Assembly (NCBI GenBank): GCA_963809485.1
Contig: CAWEJX010000016.1
Span: 1 to 64,000, forward strand
DNA from: an uncultured Acidobacteriota bacterium
GTDB taxonomy: Bacteria; Acidobacteriota; UBA6911
Reading direction: 5' to 3'
Length of the DNA stretch: 64,000 bases
Position 1 is the first letter of the stretch. The number at the start of each line of letters is the position of its first letter. The position numbers and the translations under genes are program-made. The notes below the pieces were generated by a model. It was not told the origin of the DNA. It made no database searches and saw only the letters and a list, made by a program, of their open reading frames with translations. Below are positions 22,295 to 32,446 of this stretch, piece by piece.

Positions 22295-22694
22295 CTAGAA
22301 GTTGATACGGGCATCGAGTTGGCCGCTGCGCTGCCCACCGGCGTTGATCCAGCGCGAAGAAAATCCGAAGCCGGATGCATAAGTGCCGTCAGCATTTTTA
22401 CCCGGAGGGAATCTGAACGTGTTTGAGGGAGTAGGAATACGGATCCGGTTGAATGCGTTATTCAACTCAACGCGGACGGTTAGAGTCCTGGTCCCTTCCT
22501 TGGACATCCGGAATATTCGCTCGACGCTGAAATTCTCTGTCGGAGCGCGACGGTAACGGTGGTCGTTATAGTATCCCGAACCGACCCCGAACGGACCATT
22601 GGGTGGATCCTCCCACACATTCGAATTCAGAATAAGCGTGTGGCCGGGATCATAGTGGGAATTGATGTCCTGTGTATACAGAGACACTCCCGGC
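22295..22694 (-). pseudogene. 3' fragment of an Oar-like TonB-dependent receptor, cut by an IS end
   Basis: RVELNNAFN...RSGQLDARINF with terminal Phe; homology stops exactly at the IS inverted repeat at 22695. Confidence 0.72.
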
Positions 22695-22989
22695 GGTGCT
22701 TCTGCCGTCGACTGTTGGCAGCGCGACCGTAACTCCCACACATGGTATAGTTTGAGACTCAATTCCATGCAATCAGTTCCATCATTGACACGGTTCAAAA
22801 CCAATGAAGAGTCTCAGCTGCCCAAACAGGGAATGTCCACTGGCGGGCAAAGCCGCTTTCGGAAACATCATCGGCCACGGATTCTACAAAACTAAGTGGG
22901 GGCGTCGTCGTCGATATCGTTGCGGCACTTGCGGCAAAACCTTCTGCTCCAATTCCGGCACGCCCTACCATCGACTTCAGCATCGTCGA
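22695..22989 (+). mobile_element. truncated 5' copy of the IS1-family element
   Basis: near-identical to the first ~295 bp of the full IS (from 25719), including the IR and transposase start MKSLSCPNREC. Confidence 0.88.
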
Positions 22990-23155
22990 GGTGCTTCGGC
23001 TGTCTACTGTTGCTGGATCTCCCGCATCTCTTTCTTCCGGAAGTACTTATGTCCGTTCTGCCACAAACTGGAACCGTTGAAGCCAAATTTAGCTGTAATG
23101 TCTTGCTCTATATCGCTTTAGGTTAATTCCAACAACACTCGATGACGAAAGCACC
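22990..23155. mobile_element. 166-bp MITE-like element with IS1-type terminal inverted repeats
   Basis: left GGTGCTTCGGCTGTCTACTGTTG; right end reverse-complemented GGTGCTTTCGTCATCGAGTGTTG; both resemble the IS IRs. Confidence 0.65.
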
Positions 23156-23215
23156 CTTTAAACTTTATTTTATGCAACATTTAGGTAGACTGTCCTCCAA
23201 CGGATCGCGAAATCC

Positions 23216-25240
23216 CTATGGCCGCGGTCCCCATATCGGCAGCGGCTGCCCAACCTCCAATGCCCCAAGATCCGGAGCCTTCCCGATAAAGCCATCGTTA
23301 ACATTGGGAAGGACGCACCCCGCATCAACAGCGACGGCATTCGGCTTAAGCCGGAAATCCAGTTCATCGCGTGTATATACCCTTGAAAATTCCTTTAAAT
23401 CCGCCTTTTTCACGTTTTCAAATATATCGTAGTCTACCATTATCCCATGGCACTCCTGTCCCAGTGCTTTGCAGAAATCCTGTAGGGTTTTGAAGGAATG
23501 CACCTCCCTGGGATTCTTATAGTCGCGCATCGCGCCACCAGCAGGGGAGAGCCACATGAATTGATCAGACTTCCCTTCATTGGGACGGAACCCATTATAG
23601 TCAGAGCTTGTATAGGAAGTGTAGGTATCCACATAGTAAATACCTCCAAAATCCTTGTTAAGGTGATTTTTCATCGAATCAGGGTTTTCTCCCAGCATGA
23701 GGTTGTTGCGGAAATGCAAGTTGGAAGCGCCTAGGCTGCCATTTAGACTTTTTCCGCGTTGCCCAACGTACACTTCGCTGCAGAATGTATTCTGATACAT
23801 AATCACGCCTGCCGCTCTGTCAAACATCTTTATAGCTCCCGCATCCGGGACATGGTACACGATATTCCGTATAAAATACGCCGGTCCCCCATAAATAGGC
23901 TGGCAGCTCAAGGAAGCATGTCCGTTGTTGAGGCAAAGGTTGCGCATGATACGGATGTTGTGCGTGCCAGTGTCGGTTTCGAAAAAATTGTCGTACGTAT
24001 TACAAATGTAGTTATTGTAGAAGTCGATATTGGCATGCGGCCCGCCGTGCTTTCCCGGTTTCGGCGAGCCGGCTGCTTGATCGACGCAAATTCCATCCCA
24101 GAAATTCTCAAGACGGTTGTAACACACAGCGTGGCCCTGCCCTGCCACCGTGACCGCATAGAAGGAGCCAGTGGGGCCGCCTATTCTCAAGGGCGGGCCG
24201 GGCAGATTTTTGAATGGAACAACGTCACTGCCAATATTCCCCCTCAGTACCTTTGGATTGAATCGGCCGATGAACACGTTATCAGCGATGTAAAAGTTTT
24301 TTGATGCTTGATATGTGCCCCAGATGGCCATGCATACGTTCTCAAAGCGGCATCCTTTGACTGTCAATCCGCTGGCGCCAAGCACGTCCTTTGCACCCGT
24401 ATAAATAGCCGCCTCGGTGTTGCGGAAGGTTAGGCCCTCGAAATACAGATAATTTGCCCCCATGACATCGAAGAGAATAGCACCGCCGCCGCCGTCGAAA
24501 ATGGCCTCGCCATCCCCTGCGCTTTTTATCACAATAGGCTTCTCGGGCGTGCCGCTCTTAGTAAGCCTAGTCGTTCCAAGCCCATCCGATCCGACCCCGG
24601 TTCTAAGATAGTTATTGTATCTGGTACCATCACTCTGGTAAACGCCCGCGTGCACCAGGATAGTATCGCCAGGTTCAAGATCCCCCCTGAAAGCCATTAT
24701 CAGTCCCACAACGGCCGGTTCTTCTTTGGAACCTTTGTAATCGCCGGGGTACGCGTGCAAGATCCGTCCGCCCGCGAAAGGTTTTGGTTCAGGACGTGTG
24801 CGCACAGTTACCATTTTCTGTTTAATTCCATCCACGCCGTCCGGATCGGACATCTGAAATTTGCACTCATATTCCGTATCGGGTTCCAAATCCAATATGC
24901 TTCCCGCAAACATATTGGGAACCACATATGCGGGAGTTATACTCCCGCCGGCTTCCTCATTTTGAAGGCGCAGAAGCGGCAGCCCCTCTTTCCAGGCGGT
25001 CGTCCCTTTTTTGCGGTACTGGACCGCCACAGCGGCGTTATGGTTATCGTCGCCCTCAATGTTCCACTCAAATCCAAGGCAAATAAGCGTTGGATCTCCA
25101 ACTGCAAATTGTCCGGCTTTTACTCTATTTCCACTTTTTGCAGGTACGAGGCCAGGAGCAAAGCTCGCCAGACCTGAGAAAAATAGAAAGATAGTTGAAA
25201 TAGTTGAAATCATCAGAAAAACACTTCTTCCCCTTTTCAT
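23216..25240 (-). CDS. secreted right-handed beta-helix (pectin-lyase fold) protein with an N-terminal FN3-like domain
   Basis: signal peptide, DLEPDTEYE (FN3-like), PGDTILVHAGVY, GTPEKPIVI, repeated xNNx beta-helix rungs, terminal APDLGALE. Confidence 0.78.
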   Translation of the reverse strand: MKRGRSVFLMISTISTIFLFFSGLASFAPGLVPAKSGNRVKAGQFAVGDPTLICLGFEWNIEGDDNHNAAVAVQYRKKGTTAWKEGLPLLRLQNEEAGGSITPAYVVPNMFAGSILDLEPDTEYECKFQMSDPDGVDGIKQKMVTVRTRPEPKPFAGGRILHAYPGDYKGSKEEPAVVGLIMAFRGDLEPGDTILVHAGVYQSDGTRYNNYLRTGVGSDGLGTTRLTKSGTPEKPIVIKSAGDGEAIFDGGGGAILFDVMGANYLYFEGLTFRNTEAAIYTGAKDVLGASGLTVKGCRFENVCMAIWGTYQASKNFYIADNVFIGRFNPKVLRGNIGSDVVPFKNLPGPPLRIGGPTGSFYAVTVAGQGHAVCYNRLENFWDGICVDQAAGSPKPGKHGGPHANIDFYNNYICNTYDNFFETDTGTHNIRIMRNLCLNNGHASLSCQPIYGGPAYFIRNIVYHVPDAGAIKMFDRAAGVIMYQNTFCSEVYVGQRGKSLNGSLGASNLHFRNNLMLGENPDSMKNHLNKDFGGIYYVDTYTSYTSSDYNGFRPNEGKSDQFMWLSPAGGAMRDYKNPREVHSFKTLQDFCKALGQECHGIMVDYDIFENVKKADLKEFSRVYTRDELDFRLKPNAVAVDAGCVLPNVNDGFIGKAPDLGALEVGQPLPIWGPRP

Positions 25241-25718
25241 GTCTGGCCTCCTCAATTTCTATATAATCATCTGTTCTGACGTTGTACCTTACGATTGACG
25301 CCACATGAGGCAACCAAAGATCTGCGTGACGAAAACGCGAGTGTGCATAATAAGCACTTTCTAATATGCATTGTGCATTGTCAAGCGAATAGGGGCGTGC
25401 GACATTGAAGTGGGGTAAATCACTGCGCCCTGCTCTCCCAGTAGTCTTCGTGCCGGCCGGATTTCATTACGCACCGCAATGAGATTATCGCATTGGCGCC
25501 ACGCAGCGACCATTCCATGCCCGATTGTTTCATCCGCAATCACTGCTGTCCAAATTAGCGCCGAAATCGCTATTTTAAACAGGCTAAACCGTTGAAAACA
25601 AAGGATCATGGAATTTTGCCCGAGATGAGGTTGCCGTTCCCTGAAAAATGCTGTCCAAATTGGAGCAGGGCGGCAAAACTTGTTCCAAATGCCCTAAAAG
25701 CCTCTTCAATGGCCGGTC

Positions 25719-26915
25719 GGTGCTTCTGCCGTCGACTGTTGGCAGCGCGACCGTAACTCCCACACATGATATAGTTTGAGACTCAATTCCATGCAATCAG
25801 TTCCATCATTGACACGGTTCAAAACCAATGAAGAGTCTCAGCTGCCCAAACAGGGAATGTCCACTGGCGGGAAAAGCCGCTTTCGGAAACATCATCGGCC
25901 ACGGATTCTACAAAACTAAGTGGGGGCGTCGTCGTCGATATCGTTGCGGCACTTGCGGCAAAACCTTCTACTCCAATTCCGGCACGCCCTACCATCGGCT
26001 TCAGCATCGTCGAGCGACCTTTGACGAAGTTGCTGTCCTGAGTGTTGAGGGCCTGAACAAATCTGCAATTGCACGGGCAAAGCGAATCGCCTGGAATACG
26101 GTCGATCGCTGGCTGCAAAAGGCGGCGTACTCTTGCCGCCGCTTCAACGATCAAAAGATAGATAGGATCGCCATCTCAGAGCTTCAGGCAGATGAGATTC
26201 GCACGATCATCCGTGACAAGGAACAGCCGATTGGGATCTTTGCTGCGATTGAGGTCTGGTCTCGTCTTTGGCCTTCAACCGTTGTTGGAAGGCGAAGCTA
26301 TAGAAACACACTCACCCTCTTTCGAGATATCTCCAGTCGATCGAATCTGGAATGTGTTCCTCTAATTGCCACGGACGGATTTGCTTTTTATGCGAAAGCT
26401 ATCCGCCGTGTCTTTGGACCAGCGTGTCTGTATGGCCAGGTCATTAAGACCCGCAGAAACGATCGTGTTATCAAGGTGGAGCGAAGAGCCGTGATCGGCG
26501 CCGCCTGGCGATTTGAACAGGCATTGTGTGACTCCGAGGATTCCTCGAAACTGAATACATCCTTTATCGAACGGCTGAATCTGACGATCCGACAGGGCTC
26601 GGCGTATCTATTTCGGCGGACGATATGCCATGCGAGATGGGAGGAGCGACTCGAAGATCATCTCGAGTTACTTCGCTGCTATTACAACTTCGTCAGGCCC
26701 CACCGGGCGCTGAAATTCGGGCCCGAGATCAGGACACCGGCGATGCAGGCGGGATTGCTTTCTAAACGACTCAGCTTCAGGGAGGTATTCGTGGCGGTGC
26801 CAGAGAGAATTCTTTTTGTGATCGTTTTCATCGTCGTAACAGACGTAACGGTAGAGTCACATGGAGTCAGAGAGCAGCGAATAGCAGCGTAACAACATTA
26901 GATGACGGAAGGACC
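25719..26915 (+). mobile_element. IS1-family insertion sequence, 1197 bp
   Basis: IRs GGTGCTTCTGCCGTCGACTGTTG / GGTCCTTCCGTCATCTAATGTTG (17/23); no target duplication visible. Confidence 0.82.
25828..26892 (+). CDS. single-ORF IS1-family DDE transposase
   Basis: zinc ribbon CPNREC..RYRCGTCGKTF, HTH, LQADE, ATDG, NTSFIERLNLTIR. Confidence 0.85.
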   Translation: MKSLSCPNRECPLAGKAAFGNIIGHGFYKTKWGRRRRYRCGTCGKTFYSNSGTPYHRLQHRRATFDEVAVLSVEGLNKSAIARAKRIAWNTVDRWLQKAAYSCRRFNDQKIDRIAISELQADEIRTIIRDKEQPIGIFAAIEVWSRLWPSTVVGRRSYRNTLTLFRDISSRSNLECVPLIATDGFAFYAKAIRRVFGPACLYGQVIKTRRNDRVIKVERRAVIGAAWRFEQALCDSEDSSKLNTSFIERLNLTIRQGSAYLFRRTICHARWEERLEDHLELLRCYYNFVRPHRALKFGPEIRTPAMQAGLLSKRLSFREVFVAVPERILFVIVFIVVTDVTVESHGVREQRIAA

Positions 26916-27163
26916 GGCGTGTTGATATTGATTTTGGGAACGCGGCCACCGAAAAAGTGAGTCAGGGACCCGCGAGCCTTGTTTTCGGTGTCGAGGTCCA
27001 GCAATTTGATAGGAATCTGATTCTCGTCGAACCACTCGGCCAGACCAGTCATGACGGAGGTCTTCCCGACTCCTCCTTTCCCACCCATGGATAAAATGAC
27101 TCGTTTGATAACATCTGTTTTGGTGCTCGGCAATTTTGTATCAGGCAATACAGATTTACTCAT
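26916..27163 (-). pseudogene. ParA/MinD-like ATPase, truncated by the IS
   Basis: deviant Walker A GGKGGVGKT and LLDLD; sequence switches to the IS at 26915. Confidence 0.78.
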
Positions 27164-27254
27164 TTGAGCCTCCCATAAGAAAGCCTCATCTCATCATCCG
27201 GCAATAGTAATTTCTCGCGGTCATCCGGCAGCTTTCACTTGGTTGCACATAAGT

Positions 27255-27434
27255 TCATTCCTGTTCACACGCGCGCTTCTTGATCCATTCTTCAACCTCG
27301 CTTTCAAGCCAGGCTGCGGCGGCCTTCCCAATCCGATGGCTTTTCGGGAAGCGGCCTTCCTGCACCATCTTCCAGATGGTTGTTCTCCCTAACGGGATTC
27401 GGGTTCGAAGCTCTTTGAATCTGATGTATCGCAT
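27255..27434 (-). CDS. AlpA-family regulator/excisionase, 59 aa (below the ORF-track cutoff)
   Basis: MRYIRFKELRTRIPLGRTTIWKMVQEGRFPKSHRIGKAAAAWLESEVEEWIKKR; GGAGG SD. Confidence 0.85.
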   Translation of the reverse strand: MRYIRFKELRTRIPLGRTTIWKMVQEGRFPKSHRIGKAAAAWLESEVEEWIKKRACEQE

Positions 27435-28122
27435 GTTTCCGCCTCCATTCCTGTTTTCGAAAATTTATCTCCCTATATATGTAAGAGTCATAAAACGGGC
27501 AAAACCTTACCCAACTATTTTTAGGAATTGTATTTATTTCACATCCCTTCTATTCATGCGTATTCACTGCTTTTCTCTTCAGTCCCTCCCCGTACAGCTC
27601 CATTGCAATCAGTCCTATACAGTCCTTTCGGTTTCCAGAAAAACTTCCACATCAGATAGGGTAAATGAGATCAACAAAACTTACCTTGTTGAGATCAATT
27701 TGTTTGTTGGAAGCGCACGGGGGGATTGAGGAGGCTTGGTGAAACTTACATCTCGTTAATCTATAAGCGAAAATCAGCGACGGTTAGCAGGTTGTCCTTT
27801 TATGGGTTTGCGGGGATTTATCGGTAAATCCTTAGGCTTCATTTTCATTTGCAGAAGGTGCCACCTGGAATCCCTTTTTGCAAACGACAGCGCTATTTCC
27901 AAAGCATAAGAATGCGACCGCAGTTACCCTTGTTAAGCAGATCCAGCCAGAGTTCCTTAATGATCTTCACTTACACCAGAGATTGATCCAGCCGGCTCCT
28001 TGCATTTGATTGGGGAGCCGGGCTCCCATCATCCGGCAAGATCTCGCTAAAAATTATCAGTTTTTCCTTTCGGCTGTGGCGGACGTAAAAGGCCGCTCTG
28101 ACACGGCGATCGCGCTTGCCTT

Positions 28123-28143
28123 TTGTTAACCCCTTGTTAACCC
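28123..28143. promoter_or_regulatory. tandem TTGTTAACCC repeat, possible integrase arm-type site
   Basis: two 10-mers (28123-28132, 28134-28143) about 50 bp inside the tRNA 3' end. Confidence 0.4.
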
Positions 28144-28189
28144 TGCTGGTTTCTTTGATTTTGTCTGAAACTGTAAGTCTTTTGTTTTG

Positions 28190-28266
28190 TGGTACGCCCA
28201 GCAGGACTCGAACCTGCGACCCTCTGCTTAGAAGGCAGATGCTCTATCCACCTGAGCTATGGGCGC
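28190..28266 (-). tRNA. tRNA-Arg (anticodon TCT)
   Basis: GCGCCCATAGCTCAGGTGGATAGAGCATCTGCCTTCTAAGCAGAGGGTCGCAGGTTCGAGTCCTGCTGGGCGTACCA, a 77-nt cloverleaf with encoded CCA. Confidence 0.97.
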
Positions 28267-28547
28267 ACATTTATGATGCTGAAGTATAGCAGATCCGCAA
28301 AAGATTTGACCATTTGAATGCTTCACCTCAAATAGGGAAAGCTTACATAATTCCATAATTCTGCTTTCCAGCATGACACGCCCCTTCTGCGGCTTCGGTT
28401 GATGTATATCTTGAGCGATCCTGCTGTAAGGCTTTGAACAGAGCGCATGTCAACGTTCGGAAAATGTCCGACCGGCGTAATGACAGTTACGTCCCGGGAT
28501 CTCCTGCAGAGCGGATCGCTATGGTCTGGCCGTTGACGCGGGGACGA

Positions 28548-28627
28548 CTCAGGAGGCCCGCCCATAAATTTTTACGCTGACGTACGCCGATAAGCGCTGA
28601 CGTACGCTGAAAAATTATCAATAAATA
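28548..28627. repeat. REP-like/ACGCTGA intergenic repeat family, copy 1
   Basis: ggaggcccgcccataaatttttacgctgacg...acgctgaaaaattat, shared with 34575 and (inverted) 47231. Confidence 0.6.
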
Positions 28628-28641
28628 TTATTTACTCAGCC

Positions 28642-29763
28642 TTAATCGCCGAAGCTGGTGCCTACGCGGCGGGCGCTCTCGATCCAGGAGTGGTCGAGCG
28701 GGACGGTCCGGATCTTGCCCACTACCTGTCCCAGCGGAACAGGCTCTGCCTTGTCCCCGTGCGCGGCAAGCATTACCCCGAATACGCCTTTGTGAATCAT
28801 GGCCGCGCACGCCGTTCCCAGCCGTGTCGCCAGGATGCGGTCCGCGGCCGAAGGAGTGCCGCCGCGTTGCAGGTAACCCAGGATCGTAACGCGAGACTCG
28901 AGCCGCGTGATCTCCTCCAACTGCTCCGCCAGCTTCAGTGTGTTGCCGCCGTGCACGTCGCCCGGCAAATCCCGCTCGCGCAAGGTTCTTGCCTTGCTCT
29001 CTTTCGCTTTTGTAGGTTTTTTCTTTTTGCTTGCCTTTTCCGCTGCGGCGGCCTGCTTCACCGACATTGCACCTTCTGCAACCGCCACGATGCTGAAATG
29101 CTTGCCGCCGCGGTGCCGGCTCAGAATCGCTTGCCCGACTTTCTCAACGCTGTACGGAATCTCCGGGATGAGGATCACATCGGCGCCTCCCGCCACGCCG
29201 GCGCCCAGAGCAAGCCACCCCGCGCGGTGGCCCATGGCCTCGACCAGAATGATGCGGTGGTGGCTGTGGGCTGTGCTGTGCAGCCGGTCCACCGCTTCAG
29301 TGGCTATTCCCAGCGCCGTATCGAAGCCGAAAGAAACATCCGTCATCACCACATCGTTGTCAATCGTCTTGGGCAGAGTAATGATGTTCAGCCCCTTTTG
29401 CATCAGACGATAGGCGTTTTTCTGCGTTCCTCCGCCTCCAATACAGACCAGGGCATCCAGATGGTTGCGGCGATAATTCTCCACAATCGCATCGGTCATA
29501 TCCATGTACTTCCCTCCCACCAGCATGCGGTGGGGTTTTTCGCGGCTGGTTCCCAGGATGGTTCCGCCCAGCGTCAGGATGCCCGACAACGCAGATTCAT
29601 CCAGATCCATGGTCCGGTTTTCCATCAGGCCTCGAAATCCATCCCGGAAGCCGATCACTTCCATCGGGAAAAACTCCTGCGCAGCCTTGCCGATGCCCCG
29701 GAGAACGGCATTCAAGCCCGGGCTGTCGCCTCCTGCATTCAAAACGCCGATGTGCCTGGTCAT
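28642..29763 (-). CDS. pfkA: 6-phosphofructokinase
   Basis: [42 protein letters not shown]. Confidence 0.93.
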   Translation of the reverse strand: MTRHIGVLNAGGDSPGLNAVLRGIGKAAQEFFPMEVIGFRDGFRGLMENRTMDLDESALSGILTLGGTILGTSREKPHRMLVGGKYMDMTDAIVENYRRNHLDALVCIGGGGTQKNAYRLMQKGLNIITLPKTIDNDVVMTDVSFGFDTALGIATEAVDRLHSTAHSHHRIILVEAMGHRAGWLALGAGVAGGADVILIPEIPYSVEKVGQAILSRHRGGKHFSIVAVAEGAMSVKQAAAAEKASKKKKPTKAKESKARTLRERDLPGDVHGGNTLKLAEQLEEITRLESRVTILGYLQRGGTPSAADRILATRLGTACAAMIHKGVFGVMLAAHGDKAEPVPLGQVVGKIRTVPLDHSWIESARRVGTSFGD

Positions 29764-29914
29764 TGGGTGCAACCTCCGGATCTAACATAAACCTGTCGCT
29801 TGCACAGATCAACACTGCTGCGCCGCAAACCGATGCTGTTTGGTATACTGCGGTTATCATAATCTCACAGCCCTCCAGAATCTGCACCTGGGGACGGCCT
29901 CGATAGGAGAAGCC

Positions 29915-32407
29915 ATGCCGGACCAGCGTTCGACTCGATGCAGACCGAAAGATTGTGAGAAGCTTACCTCCCATCTTGCTCGCTCCGGACCGGGGCTTGT
30001 CCTGTGGCTGATCCTTGCCGCCTCATACACAGCAGGTGCGCCCCAGCAGGTGATTCTGCGCGGCAGCGCAGTGGACGAAGCCGGCAAGCCGGTGGAAGGA
30101 TTGGAGGTCGTCATCCAGTCGCCGTCGGGAGAGACACAGATCGGTCACACCGATATCGCGGGCGCCTTCGAGTTTCAAACTCCCATCGCAGGCGAATACC
30201 ACCTGAGCTTCAACAAAAGCGGATTTTTCCGCATTACCGGTCAGAAGATACTGCTGGACGCAGGAGTGAACGAAGCATCCTTCACGGTTTTTCACGAGAC
30301 CGAGATACATCAGGAAGTCGAGGTCTACTCATCCTCCGAAGACATCCAGCCCCTGGTCACCACACATTCCGATTCCCTGGTCGCCCGTGAAATCCGCGAT
30401 ATCCCGGTCTCGTCAACGCACGATCTCAAAAGCAGCCTTCAGGTTCTGCCCGAGGTCGTGCGCGACCGTTCGGGGCAGCTGCATGTCTCCGGGGGACGCA
30501 CGGAGGAAACCCAGTACCTCCTGGACGGATTCGATATCGGAGACCCTTCCACCGGCAACCTTTCCCTCGGCATCAACGTCGACAGCGTGCGCGACGTCGA
30601 GGCTGCGTCCAGCCGATACGGCGCGCAGTACGGGAATGCCGGCGCCGGAGTGCTGGGGCTGAACACCGCAACCGGAGACGATCGCTGGCGGGCCGGCGCT
30701 ACCAATTTTTTCCCGGGAATCAGCGCCGAGCGCGGCCTGCATCTGACCAGTTGGTATCCCAGGCTTACGCTCTCGGGCCCGCTGCGCAAAGAGCGTGCCT
30801 GGTTTTATGAGACGCTCAGCGTCCAGCACACCCTCAGCCTGGTGCACGAACTGCCTCCGGACGAAGATTCGGTCAGCCAGTGGGCAGGCGACAACATGCT
30901 GCGCACACAGGTAAAGTTGAATCCGAAAAACATGCTCCAGGGCAATTTCCTTTATAACCAGCGCAAAGCATCGAACCTTGGTTTGGGTCCATTTGCCCCG
31001 GCTTCCACGACTCGGGGATTGCGGGCTTATCGATCCTTCTACTCCGTAAAAGACCAGATCTGGAGCGGAAGAACTTTTTATGAACTGGGCATGGCCGCCG
31101 ATTTCAGCCACAGCGAAAGCCTGCCCCATGGATTTGAACCCTATATACTCACACCGGATGGCGCAGCCGGCAACTATTTCGAGACCCTGCGCCAGAAGGC
31201 CTCCCGCTGGCAGGGCACCGGCAGCGTCAGCATGCCGGCCCGCCGCTGGCATGGGACACACGACCTTCAATTCGGATTCCATGCATCGGAAACCGCATGG
31301 GAACAGTCTGCGGAGCGCGGCGCTATAGAGGTCCTAAGGGCCGACGAGACTCTTTCACAGAGCACGAGCTTCTACGGCCCCGGCAAATTCAAGCTGACGG
31401 ATACCCGCCTGGGCATTTACGGCAACGACATCTGGCGCATCGTTAAGCCGCTGGTCCTTCAGGCAGGAATGCGCATCGATTGGGACGGCATTTTGCATAG
31501 AGCCACTCCATCGCCGCGCATCTCACTGAATTACCTGCCATTCGAAAACGACCGCACAAAATTCACGGCATCCTGGGGAGTATTTCTGCAGCCTGCGATG
31601 CTCTCGAAATTCGGCCCGGCCTACGACCAGATGCGCCTGGACACCTTTTACAGCCCGGGTGGGCTTCAGCCGGTATTCGGCCCGGTGACCAGCCGATTTG
31701 AATTGCCGCAGCACCATCTGGAACAGCCGCGTTTTTACACTTTCAGCCTTGGGGGCGAGCAGAAGATCGGAAATAACTCCTATGCGGAAATCAATTTCAC
31801 AAGGAGGCACGGCGGTTTTGGCCTGGCATATGAAAGGGCGGTCCCGGATCCCGCTGAGAGTCTTTACATGCTTCAAAACAACCGCCGCGATTACTACCGC
31901 TCGGTTAAAATATCATTCCGCCATGCGTTCAGCGATAAAAGCTCCATTTCGTTTAGCTATACGCGATCCGAGGCCCGAACCAACCAGGTCTACGAATATT
32001 CGCTCTCCACGCCGGTGTTTGTCCCGCAGGAACCCGGTCCGTTGGATTGGGACGCGCCGAATCGTTTTGTCTCCTGGGGCTGGGCTCCGGCGCCATGGTG
32101 GGGCTTGCTTTTGAGCTATTTCTTTGAATATCGGACCGGATTCCCCTTCAGCGTGGTCGATGAACGGCAGCAGCCTGCAGGACCGGCAAACGGAGAGCGA
32201 TTCCCAGATTATGCAATTCTGAATTTCGGGATAGAAAAGCGCATCCATCTATTCAGGCGGGAATGGGCGATACGGCTGACAATTCTGAATGTAACCAGTC
32301 ACGCGAATCCCGATGGAGTCATCAATAATGTGGATTCGTCCGATTTCATGAAGTTTTCCGGAGGTCAGAAGCTCTCGCTCACTGCCCGTATCCGTCTGGT
32401 CGGGTGA
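29915..32407 (+). CDS. TonB-dependent (Oar-like) outer-membrane receptor with a carboxypeptidase-regulatory-like N-domain
   Basis: LRGSAVDEAGKPVEG, GGRTEETQYLLDG, YGAQYG, SPRISL barrel motifs; start uncertain. Confidence 0.82.
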   Translation: MPDQRSTRCRPKDCEKLTSHLARSGPGLVLWLILAASYTAGAPQQVILRGSAVDEAGKPVEGLEVVIQSPSGETQIGHTDIAGAFEFQTPIAGEYHLSFNKSGFFRITGQKILLDAGVNEASFTVFHETEIHQEVEVYSSSEDIQPLVTTHSDSLVAREIRDIPVSSTHDLKSSLQVLPEVVRDRSGQLHVSGGRTEETQYLLDGFDIGDPSTGNLSLGINVDSVRDVEAASSRYGAQYGNAGAGVLGLNTATGDDRWRAGATNFFPGISAERGLHLTSWYPRLTLSGPLRKERAWFYETLSVQHTLSLVHELPPDEDSVSQWAGDNMLRTQVKLNPKNMLQGNFLYNQRKASNLGLGPFAPASTTRGLRAYRSFYSVKDQIWSGRTFYELGMAADFSHSESLPHGFEPYILTPDGAAGNYFETLRQKASRWQGTGSVSMPARRWHGTHDLQFGFHASETAWEQSAERGAIEVLRADETLSQSTSFYGPGKFKLTDTRLGIYGNDIWRIVKPLVLQAGMRIDWDGILHRATPSPRISLNYLPFENDRTKFTASWGVFLQPAMLSKFGPAYDQMRLDTFYSPGGLQPVFGPVTSRFELPQHHLEQPRFYTFSLGGEQKIGNNSYAEINFTRRHGGFGLAYERAVPDPAESLYMLQNNRRDYYRSVKISFRHAFSDKSSISFSYTRSEARTNQVYEYSLSTPVFVPQEPGPLDWDAPNRFVSWGWAPAPWWGLLLSYFFEYRTGFPFSVVDERQQPAGPANGERFPDYAILNFGIEKRIHLFRREWAIRLTILNVTSHANPDGVINNVDSSDFMKFSGGQKLSLTARIRLVG

Positions 32408-32408
32408 A

Positions 32409-32446
32409 AACGTTGAAACGTTGAAACGTTTGAACGTTAAAACGTT
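32409..32446. repeat. five palindromic AACGTT hexamers at exact 8-bp period
   Basis: at 32409, 32417, 32425, 32433 and 32441, filling the gap between convergent stop codons. Confidence 0.85.

Larger units (their letters stand above)
14375..28266. mobile_element. decayed genomic island integrated at tRNA-Arg(UCU)
   Basis: tRNA plus duplicated 3' end as direct repeats; AlpA, ParA-like remnant, IS elements and TA genes inside; no integrase seen. Confidence 0.65.

Noticed and set aside
27440-28120. Integrase gene next to the tRNA
   Set aside because: AT-rich sequence with stops in all frames and no R-H-R-Y motifs recognisable by eye.
28323-28565. RAYT/HUH transposase remnant next to a REP-like repeat
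   Set aside because: Only vague resemblance (VITPVGHF, INRSRRRG..W); no intact HUH motif. Not supportable without an HMM search.
28975-29060. Lys/Ala-rich insertion in PfkA (and the basic N-terminal extension of SerA)
   Set aside because: Low-complexity loops with no evidence of a distinct function.
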